From Setoptus koraiensis (Eukaryota > Animalia > Arthropoda): a stretch of 64,000 nt of DNA. The stretch lies in the NCBI GenBank assembly GCA_048013815.1, contig CM106585.1, positions 21,142,001 through 21,206,000 on the forward strand, in the 5' to 3' direction. This document shows, piece by piece, positions 24,201 to 37,288 of the stretch; positions within the stretch are counted from its first letter, which is position 1, and each line of letters opens with the position of its first letter. Made by a program: the position numbers and the translations under genes. The notes beneath the pieces are model-generated. The model searched no databases. It was given only the letters and a program-made list of their open reading frames with translations, and was not told where the DNA came from.

Positions 24201-27200
24201 GATTCTCATCTCGTGTCATCTAATCTAGTTGGTGCCTCTCTGTCGATGTGGCCAATTTTGGCTAGACGTGACATGATTGCCGCTCAGTCCAGTTATTACT
24301 CTTGCTCGCTTGTTCACTAAATCATCGCATCTAACAAGTGAGTATATCGCGGTGTATAAGTTGCAGGCCGTACAATCGCACAATCGCACAATCTCACTAT
24401 CGCACTATCGTACTATCGAGTCGCTGGCGCGTTCTTTCCCGTTATATTCGGGCCCGAGCATCGCGCCCCATCGACGAGCCGGCGGCTCGAACTGTATACG
24501 GCGCTGTGGAGTTTGAGCAACCAGCTTTGCTGGTAAAAAGTGCAGTCGGCCGCCGCTAGTTTTTATTACATAACAGCCTGGCGGTTATTTCTGGCGGCGC
24601 GAAACGGCCCCAAATCAATCGCACTCCCACACACTATGACTGCGCGTGTTGTTTATGATTCTTTGGTGGGCCCGCCATGTTTCTGGTCGCCACCAACTGA
24701 CCATGCACGATCCACGGACAACTCAATAGTGGAAATAATAATATTTGCAAGCTGAAATATGCGAGGCTGCACCGAAAGAAGCTGCACCGAAAAAGAAGCT
24801 GCACCAAAAAAGAGGCTGCGTCGCAGTGCGCCCTTGTAAACTAATTTCGAAAACAATACAAGGCTGATCTTTCGAGTGCCAGCGCCAGTTATGTATTGGT
24901 CGTGTCAGTTGTAGTTGCCGTGGTTGTTGTAATTCGGCATCCAGCGCCGGCGATATTCGGCGAGCAGAGCATTTTATTATATCATGTTGTTCGATTTAGA
25001 TACAGTTCTAGTCGGGCTTCGCTCACACAAGTCGGCCAGCCAATTCTCGGCAAGAAGTTCACATAAACAGTGATAGATTATCTGTTACCCACTGAGACTG
25101 TCAGTGTATTTGCCAGGCCAACACACGACAGAGATTAGATTTGCGCGCGCGCTGCGACAGGATGTGCCTGGCAGCAGCACGTGCAAATAGCTGCAAATGC
25201 TGCAATGTTCCCTTGATGATGTTACGTAACCAGGTTATCTATGAGCAAAACTCGCGGGACACACACTCACACACAATTCACACGAAATTCAATTCACCTG
25301 TGTGTTCTTGTCAGTTGTTAAACACAGCGCTGTGCAGCTAGCATCGGTTTCACTTTTTCTTGGTGCAAACCAACCGAGAGAGAGAGAGAGAGAGTGAAAA
25401 AAAAGGCGAAAACTGGCAGAAAACGGACGGCAATCGAAACGTAAATTGTGGCTTGAAAAGAGCCAGCCACAGCGCACAAACAAACGCTCCGAGTCGGCTA
25501 CAAATAGTCGCCCATTTTCGGGTTCGCCCGTGCCAGTGACCCTGTCTGTCAATTGCTGTCCGTGTCTCTGGCCGAGCAATGCCAGACGGGATCTAGTTGC
25601 TGGAATCCGACGTGTTCGAACACGAGTCGCATCATGGCGACGCTGGTCGTATGAAGTATCGCACTAGATCATTTGCTGCACTGTTAACTGTAGATTATTA
25701 TTGCCAATTGTCGGTGGAAATTGCCAAACTGGACCCACACACAGTGAATAACGGCAACGCATAATGGGAGCTAATTTAAAATTTATAGACACCCATTAAT
25801 GATTGTTGTCTTGCCGGCGAGCAAAGAGAAATAGAGGGCGAGAGAGAGAGAGCGAGAGAGGGGCGCAAAAACACAGAAGCCAGCGCGACAACCGAAATCT
25901 TGGAAAATGCGCCAGTGCGAGCCGCCGGCCTCGCAGGCAGCTTGGGGCCCGCTCTCACAAACGCAGGCCCTCATTATGCGCCCCATTGTGCTCCTATAAT
26001 ACGCCAGGCGCATGTATATAAATCGAGAAGAATATATATTTATCCCTGGCCAGCCAGACGGGCCCAATACCCACAGCCCAGACTGCACTAATATGGCCCC
26101 AAGTGCGCATAAATTGATCGTGCACCGATTGATGCATCAGATAATCTGTGTGATTATATAGTTGCAAAGGTTGTTTATAATATATCGCTCACTTGCCGGT
26201 CTCATTCTTCAAAATGCGCCAGGCCTCAAATATCCACTAACAATAACATTGCCAGCGCCGGCCGCCCATACAAGTGTCAGGGTGAATTTTTAATGGGCGC
26301 CCAAATGGATATGTGAAGCAATTAGTTTTACATGATTGATTCTGAAAATGGGCTCCCTCCCCCCATCGGTGCATGGGAGAGTGAGTGTCTTGCCGATAGT
26401 GGCGCCAAATAGCGGGGGGCAACCAAGCGGCGCGACTACTGTTACCGCGTCGATCAAATCATCTCTGCTAAGCAGACTGCGCTAAGCAAGCGTTGCGCCA
26501 CACTAGCGCGGACTGGCGGAGCGGCAAATTGTGCGCAGCGGCGGCCGGGTAATTCGACACCCGTCATGCATGACAAAGAGCCCCAATGACGGCGGCCCAT
26601 TGTGCCGGGCCGCGCCGCAACGGACACTTGGAAACGAACCAATAAATGCAAAAAGCGCGACTTTTGAGCGCCGTTTGCACAAATGCAGACGCACCAAAAA
26701 GTTCACACCAATTCACCTGATACCTGGTGGCTGCTGGCTGCTTGTGCCAGCGTTTATCGCCACCAGCACCAGTTTTCGGCTCTTCGCCTGCTTGTCAATC
26801 TCATGATTCCGGCGATAAATTGTGTGTGACAACAACATCGTTGCGTAACATGGCGCTGCTAGCGACACGAACTAGCCAGCGACCAAACGGGACCGTTGTT
26901 GTTTGTCTGATACAAGTTGCTGAGCAAAAGTTGCCGCGAGACGCACACCAAAGCAAGAAGAAACGATTTTCGGGCCCCAACCTGATGCGATTATTGCAAG
27001 CAAAAGAGAGAGGGAGAGACTGCCAGCAGTAAACCGGGCCATTGTCGTGTATATGTAGATCATTCATGTATCATTGTGTCGCTAACTATTATGTAATGTG
27101 TGTGTGTGTGTGTGTGCAATGAAAGAAAAGTCGCCAACAATTGCAGTTGTCACGACGTGCTAGTCATACTCGAGTCCCGAGATAAATCGACACAAATATC

Positions 27201-30200
27201 ACGAGCACACAAATTTAAACTGTGGCCCCCATTCGCACACACATCCATTTCCTTTCCGATTTTTGGCTCTTTCTTTGGGCCGCTCTTATTCTTTGGCCGG
27301 GCGCAAGTGGCGCCAACTCTATGTTGTGTGCTTATCTATCGAGACAGAGAACGTCGAGCCAAAAGACGCCCCCAAGGCAAGTGACTAGTGATTATATAAT
27401 GATATCAATTTTAGCAGCAGAAAAAGAAGAAAAAAGACACATGATATCATATTTCATCATTGGCGACAAGTACGTAAACGTAAGCGATAATCATTTCTCT
27501 GCGGGATCATTCATTCGGCTTCGGTGGGCGACACCGACAGCAGTTGCCCGAACTCGCTCAGTGGCGCCATTTAGATACGGGACAAGTCAACTTTTCAACT
27601 TTGGGCAGATATTTCGGCTCGCACTGGCGGCACAAGAACAATTTGCCCAAAATGCACACGACGAGCCCGAAGAAGCGTGTGCGTCGGAGTCGGGCGAAAA
27701 GAAAAAAAAGCGCCCAAGATGGGCCAACTGCCGCCGAAATTCGGCAGCCAGCCGAGATGATAAATACGACGCGACGGGGCCCGATCAATGAGCTGGCCAG
27801 AATGTGTCAGTGTTGTCTGGCGCCGCTGTTGTCCACTGTCTATAAGTCAGCCGTGGTTCGTGCGACTTTTGTTGGCAAGCAAAAGTCGCGCGAACGCCGA
27901 AAATGTCGAAAACGCTAAAGTGGGCATATATCACGATGCGGTTTGCTTCATCGGGGGCCCCCTCGATCGAGACGGGTTCATTGGGGGCCCCCTCGAAGAT
28001 GGCGCCACCTGAGAGACGGCGGGCAGTGCGGAGCGGGGGCGCGCACAGGAAGCCGATGAGTCATCTCGTTGGCCGGAATGGCTGGCTTGTCGCTCTGATT
28101 GGTCGCTTCGATGGGTCGCCGCTTGGTTGCGCAACACGCCGGGGCGTGACAAGAGGAAGAGGGCGCCGTGTCGTTTATCCGATAATCAGAGGTTGTGAGG
28201 CCAGCGAGTGAGGCCAGCGAGTGAGCCAGTCAGCGAGCCAGTCAGTCAGTCAGTCAGTCAGTCAGTCAGTCAGTCAGTCAGTCAGTCAGTTAGTTAGTTA
28301 GTTAGTTCGTTAGTTAGTTAGGTGTCGCCGGCGTTGCCAGCCGAGCGAAATGCCAGCCGCGCCAGCCGAGCCAGGGAGACAATTGCCAAAATAACTGATT
28401 ACTGCATGATTATGCCCATACAAAAACACTCGCACCAGCCCGACAAGGGGCCTCAAAAAGTGAGGCCCCAATTAGACTGGCTCGCGAGTCTCGCGCGTGT
28501 CTGGCCTCTAATGGGTGCCAGTGGAGTGAGCACTTGAGCCAATCAGCTGGTCGTCGGCTAGTTTCGAGCGGGGGCCAGTTGTTGTGCAATGTTCTGGCCA
28601 GTGTTGCGCAACTGGACAGTGTTGTGCAACTGGACAGTGTTGTGAGCTCGCAAGATGGCCGCGCCTCGCATTGGGCGAACGTTGTTGGGGCCCGTTGTCT
28701 GTTTGTCTGCACGGCCGATTGTTGTTGTTTGGTCGTGGCGAAATTGCCTAATGATGCGCGTCCGAACACACAGCGTCCATAGCAGCCGTGCCACTGCAAC
28801 TGCAACTACAACAACAACTGACGCTGCCACTGCCGCTGTAAATACGAACTGCAACTGCAACTGCAACTGCAACTGCAACTACAACAACAACTGCAACTAC
28901 CTCCGCTCGCGGTGTATCGACCTATGCGCGCTGTACGCGAACCCGTGCAGCAATTCAAACAACAATTGCTTGTGATTACTCGTGGCCGGCGTGCGAGAGC
29001 CAAAGCAAACAAGTGGCCGTCTTGCCCAGACAGACACAATTGAGACAGCGGGCCAAAACAATGAGCTGATTGTCTATAATTTGATGGTTGTGTGTGTCGT
29101 GAAATTAGATTAAGAGTTGGCTCATTTCTTATTTGCGCTTCAGAGCTTATGAGTTTTGGCTGGCAGTGTCGCTGTTGTTGCTGGCACTGCAACAACGCTC
29201 TTGCGAACGGCCGCGAACGTCTGCGAATGGCTCTGCGAACGGCTCTGCGAATGGCTCTCAGAATGCCCCTCCGAGCGCAATATTCCCAATGTCTCTGTTT
29301 GTCTGGCTGGAATTCTTTGTTCACGTGACAGAGCAACAACATTTTGTATTCTAGCGCTGGCAGCCAGAATACAAAATCAATTAGAGGCACGGAGGTGCGC
29401 CCCAATCAAGCCGTACACATGTGCATTTACTGTGTGTGTGCTTGCAGCACCCATTTCGGGCCGAACGTATTACGTAACTCTATTACTGCTTGATTAACAT
29501 TACATTTACTGTAACGGTTAGTGTGCCAGTGCTAGGCCAAGACAACACACAGAGCTTAACAAACAAACAAAGCAAACCGTGTGCATAAATGAATTTCCAG
29601 TTGACGGCCACCATTGACGACAAATTCAGACCGTAGGTGCTTATTTGTCGAAAGGGGGCACCTATGGGCCCCAGTCTCGCCCCTGCCAATGCCAACAAGA
29701 TCAGCTGAATTTGGCGTCGAGTGTGGCAAGTGTGCAAAGTGTGCAAAAGTGTGCCCATTCGCAATATATTGAAAGTGAACGTTGCTTGTGAGCACAGTGT
29801 TTGTGCAAAAGGGGCCAGCGGGGCCCCTCGCTCGCTGGCTGAGTGCCGGAGACAGGTGCAATTGACACAACTCTTGTTAGTGGCGCCGCCGCTAGCCGAC
29901 ACTCAGTCAGTCGTAATATAATGCCTGTGACAAATATACTCTGTCGGGCGAGAGATGAAATTTAAATTTAATAAATATTTCAAGTAATGCTGTCGTGGCG
30001 CCGGCCCCATGCCTACAGTTAAGAATTGGTCTATCCATCTATGGATCTATCTACAGGCCGTACGTAACGTTGGCTGTACGTTGGTGGCTGCCGCGACACA
30101 ATTGCTGGCCGCGCTTTGCCGCGACAGGTGCTGCCGGTTGCGGCCATTTCCAGCACTAATTGTAGCCAGCTCCAGCGAGCACACCACACTGCTCGCACGT

Positions 30201-33200
30201 AACCTAACTCACAATTGTTGGGTTACCTAACAATTGTAAGTAACTTGGACGCAGCGCGGCGCGGCGCAATTATGGCGCGACATGCGGTGCCAGTTTGTGC
30301 CGCCAGACTGCTGGCTGGAGCTGGCTTGAGCTGGCACCAACTCGCCAGCACGGCACCATTTTCTGGTATGAATATCACACTAATGCTGACCGACAACAAA
30401 TGTCCAAATGTTTCAATTTGCCGCAAGTGGGGCCGATCGTATCAGACAGCAGCGGAGGGCATTTTAACAATCGCTAATAAAGTGGCCGCCCGCGGCACCT
30501 CCAGTGGTCATAATGTAACGGCATTGGATTATTCAGTTAGACGGGCCCCAGTTTGCAATTTGTCCGGCTATCTGTGGAGCTTGCCAGCGAACAAATTGCC
30601 TGAATTGGCCATGACAGACACGCGGCCAATAACTGTATACTATATACAGTGCACAATGTATAGTATAGTTCAAATAATTGCCAGCCAGCGCTGCCATTAG
30701 CTCAACTTGTTTCAACTGCCAAATTGGCCAACTTGGCGGTCTCACCTGGCGGTTTCACGCGTCATCAGTTTGGCAGGTTGGCGGCGCTGTCCGCGGGCCG
30801 ACTTGGGACTCGCTTGTTGCGAGCGCGCTCTCTATTTACTTTGGCGCCGCTTGTTCCGTTGCCCGAGCGCCGTTACCCGAGCGCCGTTGCTGGCCTTTTG
30901 TTGTGGTTGCTGATTAGCGTGGTTGTTGTTGCTGTCGGTGGGCGCCGCTTCTTTTGTCGGTGGCTGCTCGTCGGTGGCTGCCCGTCGGTGGCGACAGCTC
31001 ATTAAAATTGACACAACAACACGCCGGTGACAAGAGCGACACGAGCGCGATGATTAATCAGCGCTCATCATTGTTCGTCAGCGGTCATTAATTATCGCCA
31101 TCTGACACGGCGCGCCGTGATGGATGGTTGCTTAAAAATATTGCCGGCCAATATATTGCCAATTGCCAATTGCCGACTGCCAACCGCCGATTGCCGATCG
31201 TCGATCGCCGATCGCGCTGAGCGGCAAACAAATCTAAGCAAACACTCCGTCGCTCACCCGGTCTCTTCAGTCGGCCGCTCTCAGTCGGCCGCTCTCAGCC
31301 GGGCTCCCGCGTTCGGGCGCCCGCTCTCGGGGCTCGCGACCGGGCCGGCATCACCGTCGGCAACCAACAAGCCGTTGTTTTTCGATAATACGTGTATGTG
31401 CTGGCTGTTCACTCGGCGAAGATCGCACCCGAGAAGCGGCCACAATGAGCTCGCGATTCGCCAACACTGTGCCACGTGCAAACATGACAAGTATCTCGCC
31501 CGGTCGCAAACGAGCTCGTCAGCTGGCCTCCGACAAGCGAATAGTGTGAGCCCATTCGCCAGTTGCTGTTCGCGTTCCAATCGCCGTTCAAGTTCGAGTT
31601 GGAATTCGAGTTCGAATTGGAATTAGAATTCGAATCCGAGTTGAGAATGAAAACCTGGCAACACCAAGATAAACTCGCGCGCGATGTGATCACAATAGCG
31701 CACGGCACAATCGCGGCAAACTGTGCCGCTCCACTGTGGCAACCATACCGAACCAACCGCACGTTGGACTTGCTGTTGCTCGCGCAATCTAGCCAACTGT
31801 GCCAATCGAACTGCCATCGCACTCGGAACAGTGCGCTGCGGTGCAAATTTCGGGCAGCGCACGCATGCATATGCAAATATTTGCATATTTGCGCCTGTTC
31901 GGAGGTTCGAACCTTGGAACTTTGGAACGTTCCAAGGTTCGAACGTTCGCCGACCGTCATCGATCATTCACAATCACGCATTCGACGAGCAAATGGCACT
32001 GTTCACACATTTCAAACAATTGCCAACTATTCTAGTTAGTAACTGGCGGCTATCAATGGCGCTGCCAGCTCATCATAATGATGAGCTCGATTGTGCGCCT
32101 CACTGGGGGCCCCTCGCGGCTCGTTGGGGCGCCGCCGAATCGGCTGAATAAGCGAATAATAAACTGGGGAGAGTTGCGAGAGACAAGTTGCCGAGCTGGC
32201 AAGATTGTGGTTGCGATAATACTCACGTTGGCACGAGTTTGCGTCGTATTGTGTGGCCCGCGCCCACGGCCTGTCGAAATGGTTGGCGGCGCAGCGCTCG
32301 CAATCGCGGCCCGCGGTATTGTGCCGACAGTCGCACATGAGTTTGCCCTCGTGGTCGTGGATGCACCTTTGTTTTCGGGTCATTTCGGGTTGTGTCGGGT
32401 TGTGTCGGGCCGTTTTCAGTTGTTGCGGGTTGTTTCGGGTAGCGGGTAAGCGGGTGGCGGCCAGCGGGTGACAAACGTATGGAGAATAAAGCGAGAACAG
32501 ACATGGTTAGTTAGGCATTAGAAACGGATTATATCAGTTAGGAAAGGACGGTGCGGCGCGCTCGGATCCGAGCGGGAGCGTACCTGGAGGCGTGGCCGTT
32601 GCACTTGCAGCGAGCGCCAATGGTGAGGTCGGACATTGCGTAATTAAATGTGTCCGAGGGATTGGTGAGACTGTTCTCGTAATCCTGTTGCTGCTGATTG
32701 TTTTGGCCCATGGTGTTCTGTGCGTTTGCGGCCGACAATTGTGCGGGCCCGAATGCGGCCGCTTGCTGACCACTTCCGGTGCCGTTGACTGCCAACGACG
32801 ATTGTTGCTGTTGTTGTTGCTGCTGTTGCTGATGGTGGCGCTGGTGATGGTAGTAATTCTGGATGGATTGGGCCATGTTAAGCGACGTCTGTGGCCAAAA
32901 CAATTGATGTCTGTCCAGCACAATTTTGATATCTGTTGCGGTAACCCAATCTTGTAGCACGGGCGATCGCTCAAAGTCCTCGTTGGGTCTGCCCTCTAGC
33001 GTCGAGAAGGCGATGCGGCCGCCCATGACATTGCTGTGATTGTTGTCGTGCTGACTCGACACGGTGCTGTTCATACACAGGGGCTCCTGTTCGTTGCCCT
33101 TGGCCACGGTGGCCCTGTTCTGTCGGCCGTACACCTTGCGGCATTGCGACGAATAAAACTGATACGGTACCCATGAGGCGCCGTAATCTACCGATTTGAA

Positions 33201-34469
33201 GATGGCCAAACTGTCGGGTTTTGTGCTGCAAAATTGCAAACTAATATAGGTAATGTCGTATTTTTTGCCCAAGCTCAGCACCAGGGTCACATTGTCGCCG
33301 TTGAAGTACGGGCCGGACAGCTGATGCTGTTGATTGTTGATACTGTTCAATTGATTGTCGCCCGTAGTCTGATTGGCCGCTCTGTCGCGGCTTTGGGTGC
33401 CCGGTCCGCTGCTACCCGTGCCCGCTTGCGTATACGTGTGGCTGGGTATGGGCGCCGATACCCAGCAGGTAGGGTTGTTTGAGTTGTTCAGGTCGGTCAA
33501 ATAGGAGGCCGGGTGACGTTTCTTGGGGTGCTGTGCGTCGCAAATGTGACAATTGCGTATTTGATCGTTGCGCTCATTTAGGTAGGCAGTGCAAAAGCGC
33601 GACGGCGGCGAGCCGCATTCGCTGCTCACCTGAACCTGTTTACCGAAGGCGGCATTGACGAAATCCGGCACGCACATTCGGGCATTGCCGAACTCGTCAT
33701 AACACGGGTCACTGAGCGAATTGAAGACATCGCCGAAGTCTATGGATTCCTCGACCGCGGCCGCCGCTTGGGCGGCCGGATCGGCCGATTTGGTGTCGCC
33801 ATTTGTTGCTGGTGTCGCTGTCTGTTGAGTCGTTGCGAGCGACTCGTCAGCATTTGCTTGTTGTTTGTCATTGGCACTTCCGGTTTTGGAAGCCGCCTGA
33901 GTGAGTGTTACTGTTTCTATTGTTGTTCGTTCACTCGAGGTGTCAGTCATGGATTTGGCCCATTGTGGGCCCCTGTCGCTAGCGAAAGTGACGGGATTGT
34001 TATAATTATCTATTGATGGTTGCGCGTAATTGTCTGCTCTGCCGTCTGGAGCGCTGTCTAAACCACTGTCGGCCGTCTGAATGGCGAAACTGGCGCCACC
34101 ACCAACCGATATTATGGGCTGATTATTGTTGTTACTAGTGTCTTGGATTGTCTTGTCCGCTGCTTGCTTGGCGCCGCCGTTGTTTTGTTGCTTGATTGAT
34201 GACGTAATTAACTGATCATTATCGACAGTGCTACTGGTATAGTTGTCGGTGTTGATTGGTGGCGCTGGCGAGCCCGTTTGAGCTGCTATGGGTGCTGCGG
34301 GTGCTGTGGATGTGGGTGCTAGTGCTAGTGCTGGTGTTGTATTTTCGAGGCCCTGATTGGTGTTTTGAGACGCGAACGCCGCCACTGTAGCCAGACACAC
34401 TGGCGACAATAGTAGCGATAGCGTCAGTGCCACCCGCCAAGCCAGCGGCCTCTTCGCCGTGCTCATCAT
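18214..34469 (-). CDS. Net: Netrin (LN domain VI, three LE/EGF repeats, NTR/C345C), 5 exons, about 1230 aa
   Basis: Exons 34469-32584, 32366-32227, 20139-19957, 19802-18456 and 18350-18214, all GT-AG and phase-consistent (sum 3693 nt). Motifs [67 protein letters not shown]; the NTR domain ends ...GKC. The NetA/NetB paralog cannot be assigned. Confidence 0.95.
20480..21900 (-). pseudogene. Decayed eIF4G relic R1 inside netrin intron 2
   Basis: In order: [11 protein letters not shown] (Y-X4-L-Phi, 21811-21791), REIIASL, RFLTRL (~21280), FKQMCH*PN (21159-21133), RSTLLKR (21035-21015), KVLG...[19 protein letters not shown] (20533-20492; cf. SSRIRFMLQDVLDLR). Many stops and frameshifts. Confidence 0.55.
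22790..23265 (-). pseudogene. Decayed MIF4G relic R2 inside netrin intron 2
   Basis: AILSRVT (23255-23235), [23 protein letters not shown] (23040-23005; cf. LGNIKFIGELFK), [13 protein letters not shown] (22916-22878; cf. KKTSSRIRFMLQD), GPLIGKI (22820-22800; cf. GPKTIDQI). Confidence 0.65.
23663..23690. repeat. Perfect 28-bp palindrome within a 49-nt imperfect inverted repeat
   Basis: TTGCCGATATCCGATCGGATATCGGCAA equals its own reverse complement. Outer arms are TGGCCGAT (23652) and ATCGGCCA (23693). Confidence 0.95.
24766..24819. repeat. Degenerate 15-17-bp tandem repeat GCTGCACC(G/A)AAA.. x3
   Basis: Read directly from the sequence. Confidence 0.85.
27097..27116. repeat. (TG)10 microsatellite
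   Basis: Read directly from the sequence. Confidence 0.95.
28239..28321. repeat. Compound microsatellite (CAGT)13 followed by (TAGT)n
   Basis: Read directly from the sequence. Confidence 0.95.
28847..28880. repeat. (AACTGC)5 microsatellite
   Basis: Read directly from the sequence. Confidence 0.9.
31865..31888. promoter_or_regulatory. Palindromic double octamer plus MORE-like POU site in netrin intron 2
   Basis: ATGCAAAT (31871) abuts ATTTGCAT (31879) within the perfect 20-bp palindrome 31869-31888. ATGCATATGCAA at 31865 matches 11 of 12 positions of MORE (ATGCATATGCAT). Confidence 0.5.
31905..31944. repeat. 16-bp perfect inverted repeat with 8-nt loop
   Basis: GTTCGAACCTTGGAAC-tttggaac-GTTCCAAGGTTCGAAC. 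Confidence 0.95.
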
Positions 34470-36960
34470 ACTGCCACTTGTGTTTATAATAGTGATATTG
34501 ATTGAGAGAGATAATATGGGGATATCTGACAATATCTACACTGTCGGATAATGCTGGCGTCTTTCTTCTTTCCAATTCTTTTGATTTGGCTCGCCTCAGA
34601 TTTGATCGAATGCCGGCCAGTTGCTGCTGTTGGAGTCGATCAAAATTGAGCCTCTGTTGAGCTGTTCATTATTGGTTCAGTTTGTATGGTATAAATTGAA
34701 TAGCTGGCTCTATGGCTTTGTACTACGATCGACGTAATTATTCTGCTCGTACATGTATTACGTAAAATTGTTTCGCTGGCCCCACTTGCTTGTCTCGTTC
34801 TCTGATGCCCTCAGTCCAGTTGCTCTCTTGGGTGATCCAAAAGTTGTCCAAACATTGTCTCAATTGAATACGTTGGGGGCGCCCCAAGCAAACTGAACGG
34901 CGCGACAACTTTTCGCTTGCTTGCTGTTGCTGTCGTTGTTGTTGTTGTTGTTGTTGTCGTTGCTGCTGTTGTTTGGAGAAAGTCACAAGTGAAGAACGCC
35001 AAAATGGAAAGCGAAATGACAGTGAACACACGGGGCCGACAGAAGTAAAAGTCATCTCACACGTACGCGCACGTGTAAGTGTACCGTTATACTCGATCGA
35101 AACGAGCCCGCCAACTCACCAACGGCTCGTACACAGCAGCGGCTGCGGACGGCACCCGACCAAACGATCAAACTACCCAATGCAGCCCCCAACTGTTTGC
35201 GTCGGCGCATGCGTCTCAACCAGCAACCAGCAGCCAGCCCCAAACAGCCCACGCTCGGGCTGCTGCCCCCTCACGGGCACCGCTGACCGCGCAACCCGAC
35301 AACGACCAGGCCACGCCTCCGCGCGAATGCCTACGCGGGATGTGAGCGGCCGAGATAAGAACGAAATGCTAATGCACGCGTTGCTTCGATAGTTGGCCAA
35401 ACATGTGACTCTGATCATAACTTTGGCATAACTGTGCTTCGTGTCGACGCTTGCGTAACTCGAGCGACAGTTACGCAAGCGAATTACGCAATTCACTTGC
35501 TTGCAGAAAGTCCAACAGCGGACGGCGCGACTGGGCGGACCGTCGCGGCCAGCGCCAACGGCGCCACATACCGAGTCAACACGTATCTCCGTCCCAACAA
35601 CAACAACAACGACGACAGCGACAACAACAACAACGACAACAGCGACGACAGCGACAACAAAAGATCGAAAATCGTCTCAGAAAGGATGCTGGCGTTCGCG
35701 AGACAGAGCTGGTCAGCGGCACGAGTTACGCAACACACGGTGACAGAGGCGTGTCCCGGCTCGATTTGTGGCCAGATTACAGCGAGCGACTGTTGCCCGT
35801 GCAGAGACAGCCGAGCGGGCGACGTTTCGATTGGGCCGGCTCGATATCGGCGAATCAGGTGAGTCGATAAGACACGGTGGTTGCTGTTGGCCGTGTTGTG
35901 TGCACGAGCAGCGCCGAGACAGATCATCGCGTTGAGCATTGCACTGAGCGGGCAAGTTGCACGTGCTGCTGTTTCGCAAGGCGCGTATTAGGCAACTGGG
36001 CAGCAGCGGCCGTGTATTAGGCGGCGTAACGCGTGTACGCGCATTACGTAAACGTGTGCTACGTGGCAGCAGTGTATTACCATTAATGGTGTGCGCGTGT
36101 GTCGTCTCTTTGAATTCTTCGGCCACCTTCTTTTATAATGATAATTCCCCATTGGATGATGCAAGCGCCAGCGCGTACCCACTGTCCGGCGCCGCCGACT
36201 GGCCACGTCCCGGCCGCGCGATAATAACACGGCAGCTGCGTGTTTACTTTTTGCAGTCCGTGCATCACGTGCCCGCCAGCAGCGTGCAAGCAAATGTGAC
36301 TGGTCATATATTATTGTTTTTGCTGCACGAGTGCGATATGCCGATACGGCCACCGACTCGTGCGACGCTCACACTTGGCGGGCCCAGATTTGCCAAGGTT
36401 GACATTGGACGCTGGCGGGCCGGCGACCTCGCAAGTATTACGGTCGCGAGTACTACGGTCGCAAGTGTGTGAGAGCGCCCGGATTGAAACAATTTCGGCC
36501 CCCTGTCGGACGCAAGTGTGTGAGTGATCGTTCAAGTGCGTTCGTTTGGCCTCTCGCCGACAGTGTCGCGCCGCTATACCGCTGGCTGCACGCCTTGGAC
36601 TTGCACAGTGTACGGGTGCGCAAGAGGATATATCATTAGCGATGTTGTCGAGAAAAGTTTCTCGCGCTCGCTTGTAGGGGCGCGCCGGCGCCGGCTTGAC
36701 CAGTGGCCTGTGTAGCGAGTATTGATTGTGTATGTACATCGACTGGCAGCATGTCAAAATCGACTGCGATGCCTCGCCGACCGAATGTGTATCATGCGAG
36801 TCTATCTCACACATAACTCGCCCACTTGACAGACTGGCGGCGGTGGAATATTTTAACTTTATCACACACTGGCACTGGCCCCCAGCGAACGTGACGCGCT
36901 GTCCGCGCCGGGCCCCTCGAGCAGCTCGAGTCGAGCCGACCGTCGACAGCAACGAGTCGA

Positions 36961-36982
36961 GTGTGTGTGTGTGTGTGTGTGT
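36961..36982. repeat. (GT)11 microsatellite
   Basis: Read directly from the sequence. Confidence 0.95.
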
Positions 36983-37165
36983 TGGGCCAATTTTCACTTG
37001 CCTGGCCCCATAAGTCGGCTCGGTGCGCGCCAGAATTACAGTCGGTCGAGATTACATGATTATCTGGCGCTTCTTGGCATGATTATCTGCGTGCTTGCGT
37101 CGTGCTGAGCGCGCCACCGCCGGATTATTGTGCGCGCCGCAGCGAACGCGAGATGCTGGCGATAT

Positions 37166-37288
37166 CCACAAACTGTGCGCCCTCCACAAACTGCGCCCTC
37201 CGCAAACTGCGCCCTCCACAAACTGCGCCCTCCACAAACTCTGCACCACCCGAAAACCACCCGAAAACCACCCGAAAACCACCCGAAA
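37166..37288. repeat. Adjacent minisatellites: 16-mer CACAAACTGCGCCCTC x4 and 11-mer CCACCCGAAAA x4
   Basis: Read directly from the sequence, upstream of netrin. Confidence 0.9.
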
